Shown: positions 8,379 through 17,263 of the stretch, one piece after another | Position numbering within the stretch: the stretch's first letter is position 1 | Layout of the letters: each line of letters opens with the position of its first letter | Assembly (NCBI GenBank): GCA_038247245.1 | Contig: JBBRVE010000001.1 | Coordinates: forward strand, 2,296-66,295 | From: Bdellovibrionales bacterium | GTDB lineage: Bacteria > Pseudomonadota > Alphaproteobacteria > Micavibrionales > UBA2020 | DNA: 64,000 nucleotides | Direction of reading: 5' to 3' | Notes under the pieces: model-generated | Seen by the model: the letters and a program-made list of their open reading frames with translations, nothing else | Told to the model about the DNA's origin: nothing | The model's database searches: none | Made by a program: the position numbers and the translations under genes

Positions 8379-9365
8379 ATGGGCAGCTTCCTGAAGTTCC
8401 TGTTCACCTTTGTGATTATCGCAGGGCTGGGCATGGCTGTGCTGGGCTGGTTTTATGTCGGCCGCGCATTGCCCCAGGAAGGGCCGCTGGAAACGGAAAA
8501 AATCGTCTATATCCCGTCCGGCAGCGGCGTACGCGCGATTGGCGCAACGCTGCAGGAAAACGGCGTGATTGCGGATGCAGGGATGTTCCGTCTGGGCAGC
8601 TGGGTGATGAAGGTGGGCGGCAGCCTGAAGGCCGGCGAGTACAAATTCGCGCCGCATATTTCCATTGCCGACACGATCAAGCTGCTGCAATCGGGCAAGA
8701 ACTACCAGCGCAAGCTGACCATCCCCGAAGGCCTGACATCGTATGAAATCGTGGAGCTGGTCAACAAGGCCGAGGCGATGGACGGCACGCTGGATATCTC
8801 GCGCCTGCCCGCCGAAGGCACGCTGCTGCCCGAAACCTATAATTACACCTATGGCAACAAGCGCACCGACATCATCGACCGCATGGCGGAGGCGATGAAA
8901 AAGACGCTCGCCGAATACTGGTCGAAGCGCGATGCAAACAGCCCGATCAAGACGGAAACCGAACTGGTCACGCTGGCATCGATTGTCGAGCGTGAAACGG
9001 CTGTCACCTCGGAGCGTCCGCGCGTGGCGGGCGTGTTCCTGAACCGTCTGAAAATCGGCATGCCGCTGCAATCCGACCCCACGACGATTTATGTGGTGTC
9101 GGAAGGCAAGGGCAAGCTGGGCCGTTCGCTGACCAGCGCCGACCTGCGTGTTGATTCACCCTATAACACCTATGTTGCCGCCGGCCTGCCGCCGGGGCCG
9201 ATTGCGAATCCGGGACGGCAATCGCTGATCGCGGTGCTGCAACCGGAGGCGCATGAGTATTTATACTTCGTGGCCGACGGCACGGGCGGCCATGCGTTTG
9301 GCCGCAACCTCGACGAACACAACGCCAATGTCGCCAAATGGCGCGCGCTGCAACGCCAGAAATAA
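8379..9365 (+). CDS. mltG: Endolytic murein transglycosylase MltG (YceG family)
   Basis: N-terminal TM, then LASIVERETAV..ERPRVAGVFLNRLKIGMPLQSDPT..Y..........YNTY...GLPPGPIANPG. Confidence 0.9.
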   Translation: MGSFLKFLFTFVIIAGLGMAVLGWFYVGRALPQEGPLETEKIVYIPSGSGVRAIGATLQENGVIADAGMFRLGSWVMKVGGSLKAGEYKFAPHISIADTIKLLQSGKNYQRKLTIPEGLTSYEIVELVNKAEAMDGTLDISRLPAEGTLLPETYNYTYGNKRTDIIDRMAEAMKKTLAEYWSKRDANSPIKTETELVTLASIVERETAVTSERPRVAGVFLNRLKIGMPLQSDPTTIYVVSEGKGKLGRSLTSADLRVDSPYNTYVAAGLPPGPIANPGRQSLIAVLQPEAHEYLYFVADGTGGHAFGRNLDEHNANVAKWRALQRQK

Positions 9366-9433
9366 CCATTTAATCGTGGCGATTCATGCGCTTGGCCTTT
9401 TACGAAAGCTTCAGGCTTTTCTGCTAGGATAAA

Positions 9434-10051
9434 ATGATGGCTGGCAAAAAAACATCCGATATCACGCATCCCGACCCGAACCTGATGAACGGCGACAGCC
9501 CGTTCCGCAACCATTTGCTGATTGCGATGCCGGGATTGGGCGACAGTTTTTTCCACCGCAGCGTCGTTTATGTCTGCGCCAATAGCGCGGCGGGCGCGAT
9601 GGGGATTGTCATCAATCAAAAGTTACAGGATGTGCAGTTCCGCGAATTGCTGGAACAATTGAAACTGCCGCAGCCGCAAACCGTCACGCAGCAGCCCATC
9701 GTGCATTTCGGCGGGCCCGTCGAAACGGGGCGCGGGTTTGTGCTGCACTCCACCGATTTCATGCGCGAAGATACCGTGCGCATCAACGACCATATCTGTA
9801 TCACCGGCACGATTGATATTTTGTCGTCGATTGCCGAAGGCCGCGGCCCTGCGCGCAGCATCTTCGCGCTCGGTTATTCTGGCTGGGGCCCCGGGCAGCT
9901 GGAGCAGGAGATGCAATCCAATTCATGGCTGACCGTGCCGGCGGATGACGAACTGATCTTCTCGACCGACATCGCGCATAAATGGGAAAAATCGCTCAAG
10001 CGGCTGGGCATTGATCCGGCGATGCTGTCGATGGATGCAGGCAGAGCCTGA
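9434..10051 (+). CDS. YqgE/AlgH family protein (UPF0301)
   Basis: LLIAMPGLGDSFFHRSVVYVCANSAAGAMGIVIN...GGPVETGRGFVLH...GYSGWGPGQLEQE. Confidence 0.9.
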   Translation: MMAGKKTSDITHPDPNLMNGDSPFRNHLLIAMPGLGDSFFHRSVVYVCANSAAGAMGIVINQKLQDVQFRELLEQLKLPQPQTVTQQPIVHFGGPVETGRGFVLHSTDFMREDTVRINDHICITGTIDILSSIAEGRGPARSIFALGYSGWGPGQLEQEMQSNSWLTVPADDELIFSTDIAHKWEKSLKRLGIDPAMLSMDAGRA

Positions 10052-10069
10052 CATGGATGCAGGCCGCGC

Positions 10070-10690
10070 TTAAAAACTGCTGCCGCCCAGATTGATGAAT
10101 TCTTCCGACAATAACGAAAACATCTGGTGGTCGCGCCATTCCTTGTTGATCTGGATGTATTTGCGCGCGATGCCTTCTTGCGTGAAGCCGCAATTGCGCA
10201 AGACCTTCTGGCTGGCCACATTCTCCGGCAAAGTTCCCGCCTGAATGCGGTGCAATTTGAGTGCAGAGAAACCGAACTGGCAGGCGAGCAATGCGGCTTC
10301 GGTCATGAAACCCTGCCGCGTTTCGCCTTCGTCGAGCCAATAACCCATGGTCGCCATCTGGCCTGCGCCGCGCACGATGTTGTTGAGCGTCACGCCGCCC
10401 ACCAGCGCATTGGTGTCGTTGCGGAAGATGAAGAAGGCATAGCCGCGGTCGGTGTCCCATTCTTCGTGGTAATTGGCAAGGCGGCGGTTGAAACCTTCGC
10501 GCGTCGTGTTGCTGAAGGCGGCGGCGGGGCTCCAGGGTTTCAGGAAGCGTTCGTTGCGGTTGCGCACCTCCACCCAGTCTTCCCAATCGGTGCGTTCGGG
10601 CGCGCGGATATGGATGCGCTCCCCCATCAGCTTGAGCGGGAGGCGGGTGTTGCGCGGGGCGCGGTCGCTTTTGAAAAAATTGAGCAGCAT
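10070..10690 (-). CDS. GNAT family N-acetyltransferase (RimJ/RimL-like)
   Basis: ALVGGVTLNNIVRGAGQMATMGYWLDEGETRQGFMTEA...LHRIQAGTLPENVASQKVLRNCGFTQEGIARKYIQINKEWRDH. Confidence 0.85.
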   Translation of the reverse strand: MLLNFFKSDRAPRNTRLPLKLMGERIHIRAPERTDWEDWVEVRNRNERFLKPWSPAAAFSNTTREGFNRRLANYHEEWDTDRGYAFFIFRNDTNALVGGVTLNNIVRGAGQMATMGYWLDEGETRQGFMTEAALLACQFGFSALKLHRIQAGTLPENVASQKVLRNCGFTQEGIARKYIQINKEWRDHQMFSLLSEEFINLGGSSF

Positions 10691-10765
10691 TTGACGCCCA
10701 GAATTGCCTAAAAAACACTGTTTTTGAAGCGCAAATATTCTATATTGGAGCGGAAAAGAGGATTT

Positions 10766-11977
10766 ATGACCGTCTTGCGCAATAAAACATCACTGTTTGT
10801 CACCGTCTGTGCCGCCGCCGCCCTGTTGTGCGCCGCCGCAACCACCGACGCCGCCCAGCCCGTGCCGCAGCGCAAGCCGGAAAAAGCGGTGGCCGCAAAA
10901 CCTGCAAAACCGAAAACGGCAAAACCCGCCGCTGTGAAACAGGTTGCACCCGCGAAAACGAAAAAGCCCGAAGCCGACCCGAAAATGGACACCGGCGAAA
11001 AGGCATTGCCCGCGCAGGATGTGGACGAAAGTTTGCCGCTGCCGAATTACCCCCGTGGCGCACGCACCGCAACCGGCGAAATGAAGACCTATACGCTGAA
11101 CGAAGAAGACACCTTCGTGGACGTCGCCCGCGCCTATCGTTTGGGATATGTGGAGCTGCGCGCTGCCAACCCCGAGCTGGACCCCTGGTCGCCCGATCCC
11201 GGCGCGGTCATGGTCATCCCGACCTTCAAGCTGCTGCCCCGCGCGCGGCAGGAAGGCATCGTCGTGAATTTGGGCGAGATGCGCCTGTATTATTTCCGTG
11301 GCGCAGGTTTGCCGCCGCTCAGCTTTCCGCTGGGCATCGGGCGCGAAGGGCTGGAGACGCCGCTGGGTGACACCAGCATCGTGCGCAAGGCCGCTGGCCC
11401 CTCATGGCATCCGACCGACCGCATGAAGAAAGAAAAGGCCTGGCTGCCGGCAACCGTCGCCCCCGGCGCGTCGAACCCGCTTGGCACCCATGCCATGTAT
11501 CTGGGCTGGCCGACCTTTCTGATCCATGGGTCGAACAAGCCGTGGGGTATTGGCCGCCGCGTCAGTTCGGGCTGCATGCGCATGTATCCCGAAGACATCA
11601 TCAACATGTTCAACATGACACCCGTCGGCACGCGCGTGACGGTCGTCAACCAGCCCATCAAGACCGCTTGGGTCGGCGACAGCCTGTACCTTGAAGCCAA
11701 TCCGTCGATGACGCAAAGCGGCGAGATTGAAATCGACGGCACGCATACCATCAAGCCGATGGGCGACGGGTTGCGCGAAACGATCGTGCAGACGGCGGGC
11801 GAATTCGCAGGCCGCGTGGACTGGTCAACCGTGAACCGCGTGATCCGCGAACGCCGCGGGTATCCGGTATTGATCGCAACCACGGGCCGCGAAGTGCCCG
11901 ACGCGTCAAACACACGCGACGACAACCGCGACGACAACGCCCAGATGCGCGACCGCCCGAAGCAGCGGTATAACTAA
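10766..11977 (+). CDS. L,D-transpeptidase (YkuD/ErfK family) with a signal peptide, a PAK-rich linker and a LysM-like segment
   Basis: The signal peptide is MTVLRNKTSLFVTVCAAAALLCAAA. The catalytic region reads IHGSNKPWGIGRRVSSGCMRMYPEDI. It is paralogous to 59328-60245. Confidence 0.9.
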   Translation: MTVLRNKTSLFVTVCAAAALLCAAATTDAAQPVPQRKPEKAVAAKPAKPKTAKPAAVKQVAPAKTKKPEADPKMDTGEKALPAQDVDESLPLPNYPRGARTATGEMKTYTLNEEDTFVDVARAYRLGYVELRAANPELDPWSPDPGAVMVIPTFKLLPRARQEGIVVNLGEMRLYYFRGAGLPPLSFPLGIGREGLETPLGDTSIVRKAAGPSWHPTDRMKKEKAWLPATVAPGASNPLGTHAMYLGWPTFLIHGSNKPWGIGRRVSSGCMRMYPEDIINMFNMTPVGTRVTVVNQPIKTAWVGDSLYLEANPSMTQSGEIEIDGTHTIKPMGDGLRETIVQTAGEFAGRVDWSTVNRVIRERRGYPVLIATTGREVPDASNTRDDNRDDNAQMRDRPKQRYN

Positions 11978-12003
11978 AAACTTTCCAGCGCGATTTCAGG
12001 CAA

Positions 12004-12046
12004 CAAAAAAACCGCGCCGGAGAAACTCCTGGCGCGGTTTTTGTTT
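12004..12046. terminator. Bidirectional rho-independent terminator
   Basis: aaaaaaaccgcgccggagaaactcctggcgcggtttttgtttg, between convergent genes. Confidence 0.8.
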
Positions 12047-12071
12047 GTCCCCTTTTGCAAGGGGAGCAGAA

Positions 12072-12242
12072 TTACTTCTGCAGGCCTTTGCTGACAGCGG
12101 TGTCAGCTTTGGTCACTTCGACTTGGCCAGCGCCAGCCGTACGACCGCCCGATTGGGGGGTCCAGGTGCCGGTGTTTTGGCAAGCGGAGACGCCCAGAAC
12201 TGCGAGCAGGGACAGAGCGATGATAGAACGTTTCATTTTCAT
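12072..12242 (-). CDS. Small lipoprotein (56 aa; below the ORF-track length cutoff)
   Basis: Minus-strand reading gives MKMKRSIIALSLLAVLGVSACQNTGTWTPQSGGRTAGAGQVEVTKADTAVSKGLQK. It has a lipobox-like LGVSAC, an AGAGGA RBS, and the terminator downstream. Confidence 0.6.
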   Translation of the reverse strand: MKMKRSIIALSLLAVLGVSACQNTGTWTPQSGGRTAGAGQVEVTKADTAVSKGLQK

Positions 12243-12389
12243 TTTCCTCTTTGGATAGTTGCCCTCTGTTGATGGGAGGGCTTGTTGTACAACATACCCT
12301 TGGTACTACAGTTTACCTTGCGAGTCTATCAAGTTAGCCGCGTAAGGGCATGGCATGACTCACGCTTTTTGAGCATAAATGCGGTGGGA

Positions 12390-13757
12390 TCAGAACTTCT
12401 GCAGCGCCTGTATTTTCCGGAAATATCCGTCGATGCCATCGACCATCGCAGAGGCAATTCGACGCTGAAATGCCGATGTACTCAGCAGTTTTGCTTCTTC
12501 CGGGTTGGACAGGAAGCCCGTTTCAATCAGCACCGCAGGCACGTCCGGCGCCTTCAAAACCGCGAAGCCTGCAGCCCTGTGGGAATTTGGCAACAGCCTT
12601 ATACTTTTATCGCGGAACGCCTGATCGAGGTAGCGTGCCAGCAGTTTCGACTCGTTCATCTTTTCGCGCATGGCAAGATCCAGCAGGATACCGGCCACGT
12701 CCTGGCTTTCATTGGCAAGGTCGACGCCGGCCACCACACCCGAATTGTTTTCCTGCTCGGCCAGCCGCGCGGTTTCATTATCCGATGCGTTTTGCGACAG
12801 CGTGTAAATGGATGCGCCGCGCACGCCGGTGCGGTCGATCTTGTCGGCGTGGATGGAAATAAACAGGTCGGCCTTCGCGCGTTTTGCAATCGCCACGCGT
12901 TCGCGCAGCTTGATGTATTTGTCGGTCGAGCGCGTCAGGATTGCGCGATACCGCCCGCTTTCCGACAGCTGGCGTTCCAGTTCCTTGGCCACCGCCAGCG
13001 TGATGCGTTTTTCGATGATGCCGCCGCGCCCAGCCGCGCCGGGGTCTTCGCCGCCATGGCCCGCATCGATTACGACTGTGTATTTGTGCGTGTTTTTGCG
13101 CGACTGCGGCGGCGCGGTGCGGTTTTCCGGGGCTTTTGCGGCGGAAAGGTCGGGCTGTTTCTGGCGCACGATATCGGTGACATCGGCATCTTCAGCGGGC
13201 ACTTCGGCGCTGCGCACAATGCGGTCTTGTTCGCGGGCAAAGGATGTGGCGGCGGCAGGCGGCGGCGCAATCGTGCCCTTCAGGTCGCGGTTGCCATGCA
13301 CCTGCGGCAGGCGCGCATTAAATAGGTTCGATGATGACGGGGCGAGGTCGATCACGATACGGTTTTTATCAAAGCTGTTTTTGGGCAGGAACGCCGCGCT
13401 GGAAATCACCGCCGCGCGGCCAAGATCGAAAATCACGCGGGTCTGCCCGCCTTCCAGTGTGCCGGAGCGATAGCCGCGCACAAGCCCGCCCGACATCAGC
13501 CCCGATTTGGGCGACAGCCATTTCGACGATGGCAGGTCGAGCACCACGCGGTACGGGTTGGCCAGATGAAAGGCGCGGAAATCGGATTTGATGCCAAGGT
13601 CGATGGTCAGGCGCGTGCCCCCCGCCCCAAGCCCGGTGCGGATGCCTTCGATACTCTGCCCCTGCACCGTTGCCTTGTTCTGGGCAGCGGGCGACAGGCC
13701 GGGCACGGCCAGCATCAGCATAACAAAAAATATGGTAAAACAACGACTCAGGCGCAC
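12390..13757 (-). CDS. N-acetylmuramoyl-L-alanine amidase (AmiC-type: AMIN domain plus Amidase_3)
   Basis: Signal peptide. The AMIN-like segment is TRLTIDLG...FHLANPYRVVLDLP. The amidase core is VVIDAGHGGEDPGA...ADLFISIHAD...GASIYTLS...PAVLIETGFLSNPEE. Confidence 0.9.
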   Translation of the reverse strand: MRLSRCFTIFFVMLMLAVPGLSPAAQNKATVQGQSIEGIRTGLGAGGTRLTIDLGIKSDFRAFHLANPYRVVLDLPSSKWLSPKSGLMSGGLVRGYRSGTLEGGQTRVIFDLGRAAVISSAAFLPKNSFDKNRIVIDLAPSSSNLFNARLPQVHGNRDLKGTIAPPPAAATSFAREQDRIVRSAEVPAEDADVTDIVRQKQPDLSAAKAPENRTAPPQSRKNTHKYTVVIDAGHGGEDPGAAGRGGIIEKRITLAVAKELERQLSESGRYRAILTRSTDKYIKLRERVAIAKRAKADLFISIHADKIDRTGVRGASIYTLSQNASDNETARLAEQENNSGVVAGVDLANESQDVAGILLDLAMREKMNESKLLARYLDQAFRDKSIRLLPNSHRAAGFAVLKAPDVPAVLIETGFLSNPEEAKLLSTSAFQRRIASAMVDGIDGYFRKIQALQKF

Positions 13758-14212
13758 CGCTTAATCCCCGATCACGGCAAACTCATTTAAACACTATAAC
13801 GCAAACATGACAGTTGTTCACAATAAATAAGGCGATTCCAAACGCTTACCCATGATCTAAATAAAACATTGAGGTACATAGTGAATTCGGCTTAATATGA
13901 AGCCGCGACAGAGATTTTCTTTTCCATAGTTTACGCAATGTTGAAAAGAATAATCCGGGTCAACGAGTTTTGAGGTTCGGCTCATTCAAACCTCCTCCGC
14001 ATATGCGGAGTGACGGATGGGCCAGGTGATACGCAGGCACTTAAATACGAAGCAGCGCCCCCCTATGTGGTCGCTCTCTACTAAAGACTAAGTAGATGGG
14101 ATGCCTGAACGATACGGTCACTGATAAACCTTAATCAAAACATCGGCGCGCCGGTTTTCCCTTTTTGTCGCAAAGGGAAGACAAAGGCATGCGCCTGATA
14201 AAGGACACTAAA
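13758..14212 (+). promoter_or_regulatory. Long AT-richer, hairpin-dense region upstream of rne (candidate structured 5' leader)
   Basis: About 455 nt with no convincing ORF. It holds several perfect hairpins (ttcggctt..aagccg, gaggtt..aacctc, ctccgcatatgcggag, ctact..agtag). Confidence 0.3.
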
Positions 14213-17065
14213 ATGACAAAGCGCATGCTGATTGATGCAACCCACCCCGAAGAAACGAGGGTCGCGGTCATCTCCGGCAACCGCCTCGACGAATACGATT
14301 ACGAAACGACCGTACGCAAACAGCTGAAGGGCAACATCTATCTTGTGAAGGTCACACGCGTTGAACCTTCGCTGCAGGCCGCCTTCATCGACTTCGGCGG
14401 CAACCGCCACGGATTTCTGCCCTTCCCCGAAATTCATCCCGATTATTACCGCATTCCGATTCAGGACCGCGACGCCCTGATCGCCGAGGAGCGCGCGCTC
14501 GCAGCCGAGCAGGCCGCACGCGAAGATGAAGAAGACGCAGCAGAGCTTGCCGCGCAAGGCCACAGCCTTGAAGATTTAGGCGATGACGATGAAGACGAAG
14601 AAGAAGAAGGCGACAGCGAACCCGCCGCCGCAGACGCCGAAGATTACGTACCGCGCCATACCGGTTCGATCGCACAAGACATCGCACAAGAATCCGTAAC
14701 GGATGACGAGGACGACGCGGAAGAAGAACAACCGCTGGCGACCGATTCCGAACAGCCGCATGCAGAACATGCCGCCGAAGAAGCTGCCCCCGCTGCCGAA
14801 GGCCAGCCTGAAGAAGAAAAAGAGCCCCTTGAAACCGTCGGCGGCGACGCTGTCGAACAGCCCCTCTACCGCTCGGCCCTCAAGCGCCGCTACAAGATCC
14901 AGGAAGTGATCAAGCGCAACCAGATCATGCTGATCCAGATCAGCAAGGAAGAACGCGGCAACAAGGGCGCGGCTGTCACCAGCTACATCTCCCTGCCCGG
15001 CCGCTATTGCGTGCTGATGCCGAACAGCCCCCGTGGCGGCGGCGTGTCGCGTAAAGTTTCCAATGCGAAAGACCGCCAGCGCCTGAAGAAAATCCTGCAT
15101 GAGCTGAACGTGCCCGAAGGCATGTCGGTCATCCTGCGCACCGCGGGCGTCGCCCGCACGACCGCGGAAATCAAGCGCGACCTCGATTACCTGCTGCGCC
15201 TGTGGGACCAGATCCGCGAACTGACGCTGAAATCGACCGCGCCCGCGCTGATCTATGAAGAAGGCAACCTGATCAAGCGCGCGATCCGCGACCTGTATCG
15301 CCGCGACATCGACGAAGTGCATGTGGCAGGCCAGACCGGCTTTGAAACCGCGCGCGATTTCATGAAGACGCTGATGCCCAGCCATTCGAACCGCATCCAG
15401 CCCTATAACGACCCTGTCGTGCCGCTGTTCTTCCGCTATCAGGTTGAATCGCAGCTGGCTGAAATCCATTCCCCCACCGTCCACCTGAAATCGGGCGGTT
15501 ACATCGTCATCAACCCGACCGAGGCGATGGTGTCGATCGACGTGAACTCAGGGAAAGCGACCAAGGGCCGCCATATCGAGGAAACGGCGCTGAAGACGAA
15601 CATCGAGGCGGCGGACGAGATCGCCCGCCAGCTGCGCCTGCGCGACCAGGGCGGATTGATCGTCATCGACTTCATCGACATGGAAGACAAGCGCAACAAC
15701 CGCATCGTGGAGCGCCGCGTGCGCGACGCCATGCAGCATGACCGCGCGCGCATCCAGCTGGGCCGCATCTCGGCCTTTGGCTTGCTCGAACTGTCACGCC
15801 AGCGCCTGCACCCGTCGCTGGTGGAAACCAACTTCGAGGTTTGCAAGCATTGCACCGGCTCCGGCCTTGTGCGTACCGTTGAAACGACCGCCGTGCTGAT
15901 CCTGCGCGCGCTGGAAGAAGAAGGCCTGAAGGGCCGCGCGGCGGAAGTGAAAGTGTCACTGCCGACCGAAATCGCCCTTTATATCTTCAACAGCAAGCGC
16001 GAGATGCTGGCAGCGATCGAGAAGCGTTACAACATCAAGGTGTTCCTGAACGCCGACGACACGCTGCTGAAACCCGCCTACACCATCGAAGTCATGAAAA
16101 CATCCGGCGTGCAGCGCGACCTGCGCCCGCAACGCCCCGCCCCCGTGCAGACCGTCGATATGTCGGACCTGCCGGAACTGACAGGCGATGATATTTCCGA
16201 TGACCGCACGGTGTCGGAAGATGATAACGAAGACGACAGCCGCGGCGTGCGCCAGCATGGCGACGACGAAGGCGACGTGCGCGAAAGCCGCGGCGACCGT
16301 GGTGGACGCCATAACGGCGGTGGACGTGACCGCAACCGTGGCCGTGGCGGACGTGACCGCAACGACCGCCCGGATCGCAATGACCGCGGTGGCAACCGTA
16401 ACCACAACCAGCCGCGCGGCGACCGCCCGGATCGCAATCAGGAACGTATCGACCGTCCCGCGCGCGTGGAAGGCGATGAAGCAGCCGTGATCGCAGCAGG
16501 CGACAAGCCCGCAGCAGCACCCGGCGTTGCCGGTGCCGAGGATGACGACAACCGTGGTGGCCGCCGTCGCGGCCGTCGTGGTGGCCGCCGTCGCGGCCGC
16601 AACCGTGGCGACCGTCCTGCAGGCGACCATCCGCAGGGTGAACAGGGTGATGCCGGCGAATTCGTCGACCTCGCCGGTGCGCCGCAGCCTGATTTGGCCG
16701 AAGCGCATATCAATGACGCAGCCTCTGCCGAAGGTGGCGGCCAGCCCCGCCAGCAACAGCAGGGCGGCAACCGCGACAGCCGTGGTGGCCGTGACCGCAA
16801 CCGTGGTGGACGCCATCGCGGCGGCCGCGACCGTAACGACCGCCACCAGCGCCAGCAGGGCGACAACGCCCCCGCAGGCGAAGGCCAGCAATCGTCCAAT
16901 GCCGACCAGCCGGTGCGCAACGAAGCGCCCCGTCACGATCATAACCACGACCATGCAGGCCACGATCACAGCCATTCCCACGACAACCAGCCGCAAAACG
17001 ATGCCGCCACCGGCACCGATGACGGCAAGTCGCGCAAGGGCTGGTGGAAACGCCTGACCGAGTAA
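14213..17065 (+). CDS. rne: Ribonuclease E
   Basis: MTKRMLIDATHPEETRVAVISGNRLDEYDYE...GNIYLVKVTRVEPSLQAAFIDFG, and ...VSIDVNSGKAT...GGLIVIDFIDM. There is an acidic insert in the S1 region and an Arg-rich C-terminal half. Confidence 0.95.
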   Translation: MTKRMLIDATHPEETRVAVISGNRLDEYDYETTVRKQLKGNIYLVKVTRVEPSLQAAFIDFGGNRHGFLPFPEIHPDYYRIPIQDRDALIAEERALAAEQAAREDEEDAAELAAQGHSLEDLGDDDEDEEEEGDSEPAAADAEDYVPRHTGSIAQDIAQESVTDDEDDAEEEQPLATDSEQPHAEHAAEEAAPAAEGQPEEEKEPLETVGGDAVEQPLYRSALKRRYKIQEVIKRNQIMLIQISKEERGNKGAAVTSYISLPGRYCVLMPNSPRGGGVSRKVSNAKDRQRLKKILHELNVPEGMSVILRTAGVARTTAEIKRDLDYLLRLWDQIRELTLKSTAPALIYEEGNLIKRAIRDLYRRDIDEVHVAGQTGFETARDFMKTLMPSHSNRIQPYNDPVVPLFFRYQVESQLAEIHSPTVHLKSGGYIVINPTEAMVSIDVNSGKATKGRHIEETALKTNIEAADEIARQLRLRDQGGLIVIDFIDMEDKRNNRIVERRVRDAMQHDRARIQLGRISAFGLLELSRQRLHPSLVETNFEVCKHCTGSGLVRTVETTAVLILRALEEEGLKGRAAEVKVSLPTEIALYIFNSKREMLAAIEKRYNIKVFLNADDTLLKPAYTIEVMKTSGVQRDLRPQRPAPVQTVDMSDLPELTGDDISDDRTVSEDDNEDDSRGVRQHGDDEGDVRESRGDRGGRHNGGGRDRNRGRGGRDRNDRPDRNDRGGNRNHNQPRGDRPDRNQERIDRPARVEGDEAAVIAAGDKPAAAPGVAGAEDDDNRGGRRRGRRGGRRRGRNRGDRPAGDHPQGEQGDAGEFVDLAGAPQPDLAEAHINDAASAEGGGQPRQQQQGGNRDSRGGRDRNRGGRHRGGRDRNDRHQRQQGDNAPAGEGQQSSNADQPVRNEAPRHDHNHDHAGHDHSHSHDNQPQNDAATGTDDGKSRKGWWKRLTE

Positions 17066-17083
17066 GATCAACACAAGACAAAG

Positions 17084-17117
17084 AAAAACCCCGCCCTTGA
17101 ACAGGCGGGGTTTTTTG
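17084..17117 (+). terminator. Rho-independent terminator after rne
   Basis: aaaaaccccgcccttgaacaggcggggtttttt. Confidence 0.85.
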
Positions 17118-17263
17118 TATCTGCTGTCATATTATATTTGGCTTGGGGGCTACGCCCATCCGTACGCGCGTAGTCGGTTCCGGTAGTCATCGCCATTATC
17201 CGGGAATCCCGGCTTTAGCACCGGCGGGGGTTGCGAACGGAAATTAAATCCCGCACCTCAAGA

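Noticed and set aside
17118-17263. Palindrome-containing 145-nt spacer between the rne terminator and the divL stop (tacgcgcgta, ccgggaatcccgg); considered as a small RNA or the divL terminator.
   Set aside because: No T-tract terminator, no recognisable RNA family and no promoter-like motif could be supported by eye. Left unassigned.
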